A DNA stretch of 64,000 nt from an uncultured Planctomycetia bacterium (GTDB lineage Bacteria; Omnitrophota; Gorgyraeia; Duberdicusellales; 4484-171): the NCBI GenBank assembly GCA_964629655.1, contig CAZVQU010000001.1:356056-420055 (forward strand), read 5' to 3'. Below, in pieces: positions 37,991 to 47,132 of this stretch. Positions within the stretch are counted from its first letter, which is position 1; each line of letters opens with the position of its first letter. The notes beneath the pieces are model-generated. The model was not told the origin of the DNA, searched no databases, and saw only the letters and a program-made list of their open reading frames with translations. The translations under genes and the position numbers were made by a program.

Positions 37991-38539
37991 TTAAGCTACC
38001 TCAGCAAAACATGCATCAGTAACAAATTTAATCGATGATTGAATTGCATCAACTGAAATCACTATGGTAGTACTCTTGTCTCTTTTCTCTACAATATAAC
38101 CCTCTAATCCCTTCAAAGGCCCTGCTTTAATGAAGACTTTATCTCCCACATTTAAATAAGGATGATAATCAACCTCGATATCATTTGTGGCCAGAACTTT
38201 TAAGGAACTTATGACTAACTCCTCAACCGCTATATATTGCTTATTGAAATGCACTAATCCAGCTACGCCGAGTTGAGAAATAATCTTTATCTTATCTTTT
38301 AAATAGAATTTCGCAAAACAGTATCCTTTAAAAAGGGGCTCTTCAATTAATTTTATTCTGTCTGACCAACTTCTCCGTATATTTACCTTAGGAGTAAAAG
38401 CCTCAATCCCTTTCTGCAACAATTGGTTTTCAACAAACTTTTCGTGGCGAGATTTGGTATATAGAACTCTCCACTTCTTAGCATCAACTTCTTCGTTATG
38501 GGATTCGGGGAAATGGTCAAGATCAACATGTTCATTCAT
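37991..38539 (-). CDS. NusG-paralog transcription antiterminator (UpxY/RfaH/LoaP-like)
   Basis: NGN-domain signature KKWRVLYTKSRHEKFV. C-terminal KOW GDKVFIKAGPLKGLEGYIVEK. The ORF track start at 38680 overlaps the sat/cysC gene by 38 nt. The internal ATG at 38537-38539 gives a 183-aa protein typical of NusG paralogs. Confidence 0.6.
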   Translation of the reverse strand: MNEHVDLDHFPESHNEEVDAKKWRVLYTKSRHEKFVENQLLQKGIEAFTPKVNIRRSWSDRIKLIEEPLFKGYCFAKFYLKDKIKIISQLGVAGLVHFNKQYIAVEELVISSLKVLATNDIEVDYHPYLNVGDKVFIKAGPLKGLEGYIVEKRDKSTTIVISVDAIQSSIKFVTDACFAEVA

Positions 38540-38642
38540 TGAACATATTTTACCCCTTACCTTATATATGTCAATATGTTTTATAAACTGTTGGGGTAAA
38601 GACTCAAGGCCTCTAAGTCTTTGTGCAAGAAGAAGTAAGATA

Positions 38643-40532
38643 TCAAGAATATCTTCGCCTCTCAACATATCCTTTCTCAAGCAGATAATTTAAAATGGTT
38701 TGTGCTCCTTCTTCTCTAGTTAGATTTTGGGTATCAATAATTATTTCTGGATTCTCCGGCTCCTCATAAGGGGCTGAAACTCCGGTAAACTCCTTTATTT
38801 CTCCTTGACGGGCTTTTTTGTAAAGTCCCTTAGGGTCTCTTTTTTCACAAGTAGAAATATCTGCCTTGATGAAAACTTCTACAAAGTCGCCCTCGTGCAC
38901 TAGACTTCTTACTTTTGCTCTATCTTCTTTATAGGGAGAAATAAAGGCAGTGGTTATTAAACTCCCTGAGTCACAGAAAAGCTTTGCGACCTCACCTATT
39001 CTCCTTATATTTTCCTCCCTATCTTGGGGGGAAAACCCTAAGTCTTTATTTAAGCCATGTCTGATGTTGTCTCCGTCTAAAACGTAAGTATTGTGTCCTA
39101 GTTCAAATAATAAAGCTTGAAGTTCAACAGCAATTGTCGATTTACCTGAAGAAGGAAGACCGGTAAACCAAATAATAGCGCCTTTATGCCGGTTTCTTTT
39201 TTCCCGGTCTTGCTTTGATATGCCGGATTCATGCCAGGTTATATTCTTACTCTTTATCCCTTTATCTCTATTCTTCTCCTTGTAAAATTCGATCAAAATC
39301 TCTGCAACGGGTTTACGCATAATTCTTTCATCAACTTCTTCTGCATTTTCTAACTTTTTACGTAAACCTTTTCCGGAAATTGACACCTTACGATAACCCT
39401 TTTCCTTAAACTCCTTAACCAATCCTACCCTTCCTATTTCTTCAAAGTAAGCAGCAAAACCGACTTTAACCGGTTTTATAAAAAGTTCACCTGCTAGATC
39501 ATCAAACTTCTTGTGGGCATCAAAATCTCCCCAAACAACCTCCCCAGTATCAAAAGAAGCGTCAGCGTGCTTTCTGCCAATTACTATATCGCTAAACCCG
39601 TAATTCTGCCGATAAATTGCATGCATAACTGCTTCTTTTGGCCCGGCATAAAACATCTTCATATCAAGACCTATAAGTAAAAATTGATCATTTAGGTCGT
39701 AACCTTTACTCTTCCAAAAATCTAAATCTTTATCCCCATAACCTAATACTTTATTATCGATTAAAGCCTCATAAGACCTCATCCTCACTTCTGCAGGTAC
39801 ATCGTCAGACTTAGTAGCTCCTACTAAAGGATTTAACACTACCCCGGTAAAGAATCCTTCCTTTGTCAATTTTTCAACCGCATAAACAAGCGCGTATTCA
39901 TGAGCCCGATGCAAAGCATTCCTCGTCTGAAAAGCAACAATCCTTTCCCACCCTCGCTCCTCAAATAGAATTCTGGTTTCCTCCGGACTAAGCATATATT
40001 TACCATACACCGGATGGTCTAATGCCGGTAAAGCCCAGATCTTTCCCCCCAAAAGATGATTTCTCCCGTCCTCATTAACTATTCGAGGTCCGGGGTGATC
40101 GGCTCTTTCAGTGCCGTAAACGGATTTATTGTATTTAGCCTTATCAAAAAAGTAAGTATCCGAAACCTCTAAAGTCCCGATAATTACTCCATGTTCACTT
40201 TTTACAACAATGGTTTCACCAATTTTAAAATTGTTCGCTTCTTGGCCGGATATTGGAAAAGCTAATGGAATTGTCCATGCATATTTCTTACCATCTCTTT
40301 CTATAACTTCTTCATCCAAAACTCGGTTAAACTCATTGCTATCCATCGGTCCTTCCAGAGGCGACAAAGCTCCATCGGCAATCCGATAGAATATTGACAG
40401 ATCAGCATTACTGATAGTATAGGTTTTTAGCTTTAAAGCTTTTTGGACAAAAGATTCTCTTTCTACTTCTGGAACGACCCTGCTTATAAGCCCACACCCG
40501 CCATGAGCAGAAAGACTAGCCTTAGTTGTCAT
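38643..40532 (-). CDS. Bifunctional sulfate adenylyltransferase (ATP sulfurylase) / APS kinase
   Basis: ATP sulfurylase [13 protein letters not shown] and VIGRKHAD motifs in the N-terminal 400 aa. C-terminal APS kinase Walker [14 protein letters not shown]. 629 aa. Confidence 0.8.
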   Translation of the reverse strand: MTTKASLSAHGGCGLISRVVPEVERESFVQKALKLKTYTISNADLSIFYRIADGALSPLEGPMDSNEFNRVLDEEVIERDGKKYAWTIPLAFPISGQEANNFKIGETIVVKSEHGVIIGTLEVSDTYFFDKAKYNKSVYGTERADHPGPRIVNEDGRNHLLGGKIWALPALDHPVYGKYMLSPEETRILFEERGWERIVAFQTRNALHRAHEYALVYAVEKLTKEGFFTGVVLNPLVGATKSDDVPAEVRMRSYEALIDNKVLGYGDKDLDFWKSKGYDLNDQFLLIGLDMKMFYAGPKEAVMHAIYRQNYGFSDIVIGRKHADASFDTGEVVWGDFDAHKKFDDLAGELFIKPVKVGFAAYFEEIGRVGLVKEFKEKGYRKVSISGKGLRKKLENAEEVDERIMRKPVAEILIEFYKEKNRDKGIKSKNITWHESGISKQDREKRNRHKGAIIWFTGLPSSGKSTIAVELQALLFELGHNTYVLDGDNIRHGLNKDLGFSPQDREENIRRIGEVAKLFCDSGSLITTAFISPYKEDRAKVRSLVHEGDFVEVFIKADISTCEKRDPKGLYKKARQGEIKEFTGVSAPYEEPENPEIIIDTQNLTREEGAQTILNYLLEKGYVERRRYS

Positions 40533-40571
40533 AGCATAACCCTCCTTGTTAAAATTAATTTTGCTTGCTCT

Positions 40572-41300
40572 CTAAATTAAATGCTTATTTCTTTGCAAAT
40601 AGTTTAATATCTTCCTTACGCACTCATCAACAGACATATCCTTAGTATTAATAGTTATTTCCGGAATTTCCGGCGGCTCATAGGGATCATTGATACCTGT
40701 AAAATTGTCTATTAATCCTTTTCTTGCTTTTTTATATAACCCCTTGGGATCTCTTTTTTCACATTCCTCTAATGGCGTGCTTACATATACCTCGATAAAA
40801 TTTCGGCATTTTTCCCTTACAAACTTTCTTGCTTCTTTGTAGGGGGATATAAAGGAAGCAACTACTGTAACTTTATTGCTCTCTAAGATGTTTGCTAACA
40901 AACTAATTCTTCTTATATGCGCATCCCTCTCGGATTTAGAGAATCCTGTTGCTGGCAGCATCATCCTCACCCTTTCCCCATCAAGCCTCTGAACATTACG
41001 AGACATTCTTAACAACTTCGTCCAAACAGCATCTGCCAATGTACTTTTTCCAGAAGCAGGAAGGCCAGTAAACCATAAAACAAAAGGAACTATTTCCTTC
41101 CTCCCGAAACTGATTTTATCCCACAGCCTCTCGTGGGAAAAATACAAAAGCATTTTTACAATAACTTCAAAAAAACCAATAGCCAAGGCTATTTTTATCT
41201 TTCCGGTAAAAATAAGGACTAAAGAGGCTGTTGTTAATGTCGCTAGCGTCCTCCATGAAACCGTCTTTGCTACCGACCTTGCTTTTGTTTCCTTAAACAT
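40572..41300 (-). CDS. cysC: APS kinase with N-terminal membrane-associated extension
   Basis: About 70-aa hydrophobic N-terminus (WRTLATLTTASLVLIFTGKIKIALAIGFFEVIVKMLLYF), then FTGLPASGKSTLA and an APS-kinase core. 242 aa. Confidence 0.7.
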   Translation of the reverse strand: MFKETKARSVAKTVSWRTLATLTTASLVLIFTGKIKIALAIGFFEVIVKMLLYFSHERLWDKISFGRKEIVPFVLWFTGLPASGKSTLADAVWTKLLRMSRNVQRLDGERVRMMLPATGFSKSERDAHIRRISLLANILESNKVTVVASFISPYKEARKFVREKCRNFIEVYVSTPLEECEKRDPKGLYKKARKGLIDNFTGINDPYEPPEIPEITINTKDMSVDECVRKILNYLQRNKHLI

Positions 41301-41321
41301 GGCTTGAAATATGGATTTAGA

Positions 41322-42461
41322 CTAACGCTTATTAAAAAACTGGCAGATATTTTTGATTATATATTGTGTTTCATTACTGGTTAAAAAAGGATGCATTGGC
41401 AGACTTAATACTTCCGACAAAACCTTCTCTGCCCTTCTCAAACTTCCTCTGCATTTTGCCTTCCTAAATGCCCTCATCTTATGAAGCAAAATGGGATAAT
41501 AGATGCGTGCTCCTATTCCCTTGGAATTTAAATACTTTAGAAGAGCATTTCTACCAGAGGAAACTTTTATAGTGTATTGGTGGTAAATGTGAACGGTATT
41601 GAGTTGAGGAGGTTGGATTTGGGGAATATTTTCAAAGGCTTGAGTGTATTTTTTGGCGACTTTCATCCGGACATTATTAAATTTATCAATATGCTTTAAC
41701 TTTGCCAGAAGAACTGCGGCTTGGATTGAATCAAGGCGAGAGTTGTAACCAATATAATCTGCTTTATATTGCCTAGTCTGGCCATGTTTTCTTAAAGCTT
41801 TTACCAGCTCTGCGATAGTTTTATTATTAGTAACAATAAGACCTCCATCACCAAAACCACCTAGATTCTTAGAAGGAAAAAAACTAAAAGCACCACAATC
41901 TGAAAATGAGCCGACTTTCTTCTTTCCAAGAGAAGCTCCAAAGCTCTGAGCACAATCTTCCACGGTAAATAAATTGTATTTTTTGGCAATTTTAGAAATC
42001 TTAATCAAATCGCAGGGAAAACCATATAGATGAACCGGTAGAATTCCGACAGTATTTTTAGTTATGGCTTTCTCTATACAGGAAGGGCTGATATTAAAAG
42101 TATCCGGGTCTATATCCACAAATACCGGAGTTGCCCCGCTTCTTACTATTGCCTCAGCCGTAGCAATAAAAGTAAAAGGAGTAGTAATAATTTCATTTTT
42201 TTTATCGAAATTTTCTTTGCCTTTTGACTTAAGGATTAAAGCTTTTAAGGACAGCAGCAAAGCATCAGTTCCTGAAGCAACACCTACCGCATATTTTATT
42301 CCTAAATACTTGGCTACTTTTTCTTCAAACTCGCTAACTTTCGGGCCTAAAATCCACTGTTGGCTACCAAAACAATCCTTAAGGTGTCTATTGATATCCT
42401 TTTTTAGGAAGTCAAATTCTCTCTTTAAGTCTAATATAGGAATATCCATTGTTTTCCGCAC
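41322..42461 (-). CDS. DegT/DnrJ/EryC1/StrS-family sugar aminotransferase
   Basis: PLP-aminotransferase motifs (GVASGTDALLLSL...FSFFPSKNLG). 379 aa. Confidence 0.8.
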   Translation of the reverse strand: MRKTMDIPILDLKREFDFLKKDINRHLKDCFGSQQWILGPKVSEFEEKVAKYLGIKYAVGVASGTDALLLSLKALILKSKGKENFDKKNEIITTPFTFIATAEAIVRSGATPVFVDIDPDTFNISPSCIEKAITKNTVGILPVHLYGFPCDLIKISKIAKKYNLFTVEDCAQSFGASLGKKKVGSFSDCGAFSFFPSKNLGGFGDGGLIVTNNKTIAELVKALRKHGQTRQYKADYIGYNSRLDSIQAAVLLAKLKHIDKFNNVRMKVAKKYTQAFENIPQIQPPQLNTVHIYHQYTIKVSSGRNALLKYLNSKGIGARIYYPILLHKMRAFRKAKCRGSLRRAEKVLSEVLSLPMHPFLTSNETQYIIKNICQFFNKR

Positions 42462-42462
42462 T

Positions 42463-43404
42463 TCAATCCTTATCCTTTATCCTTTCTCTGAAATACTCTA
42501 TTGTCTTCTTTAATCCTTCTTCAAGGGAAATTTTAGGCTGCCAACCGATCATTTTTTTAACCTTACTTATATCAGGCTGCCTCTGCTTAGGGTCATCTTC
42601 AGGCAAAGATAAGTATTCTATCTTTAATTCCGGATTAGTCAATTTTAAAACTAAATTGGCCAGTTCAATAACTGTAAACTCTACGGAATTGCCTAAATTC
42701 AAAGGCCATTTGTAATCAATATTCATCATATTTATAATCCCCTCCGCTAAATCGTCAATATAGCAAAAAGAACGGCTCTGTTGACCCTGGCCATAAACAG
42801 TTAAATTTTCCCCTTTTAAAGCCTGCACAATGAAATTTGAGACAACTCGTCCATCATCAGGATGCATATTCGGCCCATAAGTATTGAATATTCGTACCAC
42901 TCTTACATCAAGATTATGTTGACGCATATAAGCATAAGCTAAAGCTTCTGCCCCTCGCTTACTCTCGTCATAGCAGCTTCTTACTCCAATAGAATTTACA
43001 TTTCCCCAATACTCTTCCGGCTGAGGATGTACAAGAGGATCTCCGTAAACTTCAGAAGTAGAAGCTAAGAAAAATTTTGTTTTTTTCTCCTTAGCTATGC
43101 CTAAACAATTATGAGTACCCAGGAGTCCTGACTTTAAAGTTTTTATCGGATAATTTAAATAATGCTTAGGGGAAGCTAAAGAAGCAAAATGTAAAACCCA
43201 GTCCAAATCTTCCTCTATGTGCAAAGAGTTTGAAATATCCTGTTCTATTAACTTGAACTTTGGATTGTCTTCTAGTTCCTCAATATTCTTTCTAAAGCCG
43301 GTTATAAAATTGTCCACACAGATTACTCTATTCCCACCTTCAAGTAGCTTCCTACATAAATGCGAGCCAATGAAACCTGCTCCACCAGTTATTAAAATAT
43401 TCAC
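42463..43404 (-). CDS. UDP-glucuronate decarboxylase (UDP-xylose synthase)-like SDR
   Basis: ITGGAGFIGSHLCRKL...VDNFITGFRKNI is characteristic of the UXS/ArnA-decarboxylase subgroup. 313 aa. Confidence 0.6.
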   Translation of the reverse strand: MNILITGGAGFIGSHLCRKLLEGGNRVICVDNFITGFRKNIEELEDNPKFKLIEQDISNSLHIEEDLDWVLHFASLASPKHYLNYPIKTLKSGLLGTHNCLGIAKEKKTKFFLASTSEVYGDPLVHPQPEEYWGNVNSIGVRSCYDESKRGAEALAYAYMRQHNLDVRVVRIFNTYGPNMHPDDGRVVSNFIVQALKGENLTVYGQGQQSRSFCYIDDLAEGIINMMNIDYKWPLNLGNSVEFTVIELANLVLKLTNPELKIEYLSLPEDDPKQRQPDISKVKKMIGWQPKISLEEGLKKTIEYFRERIKDKD

Positions 43405-44357
43405 TTATCACCTCTCCTGAACCATTTCACTGCCTTTTCCAGCCCTTGAGAAAAGTCAACTTTAGGATGCCAGTTGAGAAGTTTCTTTGCTTTTCCAATA
43501 TCAGCATGGGTCTTTTTTACATCTCCAAGCCGAGGGGGGCAATAGTTAGGTTCGATATTGCTCTCGATAATCTTCTTTAAGCTATTAAACAAATTATTTA
43601 CAGAATTAGGTATTCCTAAGCCAACATTAAATACCTCTGGACCAATATTGTCCTTTTCAAGACACCGGATGTTTACATCAACTATATCCTCAACATAAAC
43701 CAAATCTCTTTCTTGTTTTCCATCCCCATACACAGGAGGAGCTTCCCCGTTTAATAGGCAATTTATGAATTTCGGAACAACAACCGCATATTCATCATCT
43801 AAAGATTGACGCGGACCATATACATTAAAATACCTTAAATTTACAACTTCCATATTATAAAGTTTGCTAAAAACATAGGAATATTGTTCAACGATCAGCT
43901 TTGTGGCCGCATAAGGTGAAATTGGCTTCGCAATCTCACTTTCCTTCTCTGGGAAACTATCTCTTTCTCCGTATACAGAACTTGAAGAAGCACAAACTAT
44001 CCTTCTTATACCCTTGGCCTTAGCCCGTAAAAAAAGTTTTAGTGTGCCTTCGACATTTACTTCATTATATTCCCAAGGCTTATCCACAGATTTAGGAATA
44101 CTTCTCCTTGCTGCCTGATGAGAAACAGCATCAATCCCATCTAAGGCTTCCTCTAAATCTTTTTCATCTCTAATATCACCCTTTATAAACTTTATTTTAT
44201 CTTGGCTCTGGCTTAAATTTTCTAATTTACCGCTTGATAAGTCATCTAGGACAATTATATCTGCTCCCAAACCCACCAATCTATCAACGATATGAGAGCC
44301 AATAAACCCCGCTCCTCCAGTAACCAATATTTTTTTGCCTTTAAGCCTGTCTTCCAT
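43401..44357 (-). CDS. NAD-dependent UDP-sugar 4-epimerase-like (extended SDR)
   Basis: VTGGAGFIGSHIVDRL...LDDLSSG. 318 aa. Confidence 0.65.
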   Translation of the reverse strand: MEDRLKGKKILVTGGAGFIGSHIVDRLVGLGADIIVLDDLSSGKLENLSQSQDKIKFIKGDIRDEKDLEEALDGIDAVSHQAARRSIPKSVDKPWEYNEVNVEGTLKLFLRAKAKGIRRIVCASSSSVYGERDSFPEKESEIAKPISPYAATKLIVEQYSYVFSKLYNMEVVNLRYFNVYGPRQSLDDEYAVVVPKFINCLLNGEAPPVYGDGKQERDLVYVEDIVDVNIRCLEKDNIGPEVFNVGLGIPNSVNNLFNSLKKIIESNIEPNYCPPRLGDVKKTHADIGKAKKLLNWHPKVDFSQGLEKAVKWFRRGDK

Positions 44358-44372
44358 TTAACTTTGTTTAAT

Positions 44373-45677
44373 TTAAAGTCTTACGATGTTACTATAGTCT
44401 TTCTTATAAACATTGCGAGTATCAAAGATTAACTTAGTATTTTTTCTCAAAAACTCATAATCAACCTTTGAATGGTTAGTGATAACTACTAAACAATCAT
44501 ATTTTTTTAATTTATCGCGACTCAAAAATACGCTTTTTAGATTAATACCATTAATCTTTAAGTAAGGTATGAGTGAATCAGAATAATCAACCTTAGCTTT
44601 TCTTTTCCTTAACCCTTCAATAATATCTAAAGCCGGTGATTCTCTTAAATCTTTTACATCCTTCTTGTAAGTAACCCCTAATATCAAGACCCTGGCTTTA
44701 CTTATAGGTATACCTTTAGTTTTGAGAAGTTTAACTACCCTGCTTACAGTATACTTAGGCATGAAATGATCCATATAGGCTGCTAGATCAATCATCTTTG
44801 TCTTAAAACCCAGTTTTTTTGACTTCCAGGACAAGTATAAAGGATCAGCCGGGATACAATGACCACCTATGCCGGGGCCGGGATAAAAAGGCATAAACCC
44901 AAAAGGTTTTGTCTTCGCTGCCCCTACTACTTCCCACATATTTATCCCTAATTTTTCAGCTACCATAGCAAACTCGTTAACTAAAGCAATGTTGACCAAT
45001 CTAAAGGTATTCTCAAGAAGCTTAGAACTTTCAGCGACTTCGGGACTTGATACCGTAAATACATCTTTAATAATCTTTGAATAGAAACTCTTTGCTAACT
45101 TATTTGACTTATTAGATAAGCCACCGACAATTTTAGGTATTTTTGTTAAAGGAAATTTCTTATCACCAGGGTTAACTCTCTCCGGGGAAAAACAAAGAAA
45201 GAAATCCTTCTCTTCCTTTAACCCTGTTTTCTTTAAAATCGGCAAGACTACTTCCCGGGTAGTGGTAGGATAAGAGGTGCTCTCTAAAATAACTAGCTGC
45301 CCCCTTCTTAAATACTTTCCTACTGTTTTGCTTGCTGCTACTACATAGGAAATATCAGGTATCTTTACCTTCCTTAAAGGTGTGGGTACGCAGATTATTA
45401 TAATGTCTGAGGTTTTGAGAACCTTTTGGTTTGTGGTAGGGAAAAACTTATTCTTCTTAATCAAAGAAAGAACCCCTTTAAAATCAACATCTACGATGTA
45501 TTGGTCCCCCTTCTTTAATCTAGCAATGCGCGATTTACCACTATCTAGGCCGATAACCGGATAGCCTTTGCGCCCAAAGGCAACTGCTAGCGGAAGACCC
45601 ACATATCCTAAGCCAATAATGCAGATTTTGGCCTTCTTTTTGTTAATCTTTTCCTCTAATCTTCGGTAATTATTCAT
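44373..45677 (-). CDS. UDP-N-acetyl-D-mannosamine/glucosamine 6-dehydrogenase (WecC/Cap5O/WbpA-like nucleotide sugar dehydrogenase)
   Basis: ICIIGLGYVGLPLAV N-terminal Rossmann and catalytic Cys region GGHCIPAD. 434 aa. Confidence 0.7.
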   Translation of the reverse strand: MNNYRRLEEKINKKKAKICIIGLGYVGLPLAVAFGRKGYPVIGLDSGKSRIARLKKGDQYIVDVDFKGVLSLIKKNKFFPTTNQKVLKTSDIIIICVPTPLRKVKIPDISYVVAASKTVGKYLRRGQLVILESTSYPTTTREVVLPILKKTGLKEEKDFFLCFSPERVNPGDKKFPLTKIPKIVGGLSNKSNKLAKSFYSKIIKDVFTVSSPEVAESSKLLENTFRLVNIALVNEFAMVAEKLGINMWEVVGAAKTKPFGFMPFYPGPGIGGHCIPADPLYLSWKSKKLGFKTKMIDLAAYMDHFMPKYTVSRVVKLLKTKGIPISKARVLILGVTYKKDVKDLRESPALDIIEGLRKRKAKVDYSDSLIPYLKINGINLKSVFLSRDKLKKYDCLVVITNHSKVDYEFLRKNTKLIFDTRNVYKKDYSNIVRL

Positions 45678-45771
45678 TTCTATATTCTACTTCAAAAGTC
45701 AAAGAATTAAAGAAATTTATTCCTAATGGCTTAGGCCTCTAGTATATGCATTAAATGGATGAACTGGCAGG

Positions 45772-47118
45772 CTATTTTCCCATCCCGATATAACCAAATC
45801 CCATCCGACGCAATTTATCCCGGTCAAACATATTCCTTCCATCGGCAATAAGCGGATAGTGCATTAGTTTTTTGACTCTTTTTAGGCCCAATTCCTTGAA
45901 TTCTTCCCACTCAGTTAATAAACAAAGACAATCACAACCCTTAACTGCTTGATAAGGATCTTTAGTAAACTTCACCTTTGCAGAAGATTTGAAGATTTTC
46001 TTTGCTTCTTCCAAACTTTGAGGATCACAAAGGCAAAGGTGAGAGCCCTCTTGAATAAAAGCCTTTACAATATCAACTGAGGGTGCAAATCGCATATCAT
46101 CTGTATCAGGCTTAAAGGAAAGTCCTAAGATGGCAATCTTTTTTTCCTTAAGAATCCATAGGTGCTCTTTTACCTTTTCTACAAAGCTAAGACGTTGTTG
46201 TTTGTTAATAGCCTTAACTTCTTTAAGCAAACCAAAATCATACCCTAGCTTCTTTGAAATATAGCTAAAGGCCTCAACATCTTTAGGAAAACAAAACCCA
46301 CCATAACCTATACCGGCCTGCAAGAACTCTTTACCGATTCTTCGATCTAACCCCATAGCTAAAGCTATCTTTTCGACATCAGCACCGGCCAAATCACACA
46401 CTTGCGAAACTGCATTAATAAAAGAAATCTTTGTAGCGAGAAAGGAGTTTGAAGCATGCTTAATAAGCTCAGATGTATTTATATCAGTAACTATTATCGG
46501 GGCTTTTACTGCTGCATATATATCTTTTAGTATCTCCTCAGCCCGTTTTGATTCTACACCAATAACAATTCTATCCGGGCAAAAGAAATCATAAATTGCC
46601 TTCCCTTCCCTTAAAAATTCAGGATTTGAAGCTACATCAAAATCATTGCCGTTCTTTTTGTAACGATGAATGGTCTCTTTTATCTTTCTGCCTGTCCATA
46701 CCGGAACAGTTGATTTACCTACTATTAACTTATAAGAATTAAGATTCTTGGCAATTGTATGGGCAACATTTCCTACTGAGGTCAAATCAGCAGAACCATC
46801 TGCTTGGGGAGGCGTACCAACAGCGATAAAAATAACCTGGGATTTCTTAATAGCCTCTGGCAAGGATGATGAAAAAACTAACCCCTTAGACTTAAGGCCT
46901 TTCTTAACTAGAGGATTTAGATCCGGCTCATAAAAGGGTATATATTTTTTCTTTAAAGACGCTACTCTCTTTTTATCTTTATCCACGCAGTATACCTTAT
47001 GCCCCAGCTCAGCAAAACAAGCCGCAGCAACAAGCCCCACATGCCCGGCGCCAATAACACAAATTTTATACCTTTTAGTATACTTTTTCTTAGCTATTCC
47101 CTTTCCTTTTTTCTTCAT
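45772..47118 (-). CDS. ugd: UDP-glucose 6-dehydrogenase
   Basis: ICVIGAGHVGLV...GGFCFPKD catalytic motif. 448 aa. Confidence 0.75.
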   Translation of the reverse strand: MKKKGKGIAKKKYTKRYKICVIGAGHVGLVAAACFAELGHKVYCVDKDKKRVASLKKKYIPFYEPDLNPLVKKGLKSKGLVFSSSLPEAIKKSQVIFIAVGTPPQADGSADLTSVGNVAHTIAKNLNSYKLIVGKSTVPVWTGRKIKETIHRYKKNGNDFDVASNPEFLREGKAIYDFFCPDRIVIGVESKRAEEILKDIYAAVKAPIIVTDINTSELIKHASNSFLATKISFINAVSQVCDLAGADVEKIALAMGLDRRIGKEFLQAGIGYGGFCFPKDVEAFSYISKKLGYDFGLLKEVKAINKQQRLSFVEKVKEHLWILKEKKIAILGLSFKPDTDDMRFAPSVDIVKAFIQEGSHLCLCDPQSLEEAKKIFKSSAKVKFTKDPYQAVKGCDCLCLLTEWEEFKELGLKRVKKLMHYPLIADGRNMFDRDKLRRMGFGYIGMGK

Positions 47119-47132
47119 CTCTACCCTTTTTT

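Noticed and set aside
37991-38680. 229-aa version of the NusG-paralog ORF starting at 38680
   Set aside because: The first 47 codons overlap the 3' end of the sat/cysC gene in another frame and show no NusG similarity. The internal ATG at 38539 precedes the NGN motif at a typical distance.
45678-45771. Possible weak terminator or promoter between ugd and the WecC-like dehydrogenase
   Set aside because: Only a 5-bp stem (CCTAA/TTAGG) and no clean -35/-10 spacing. Insufficient support.
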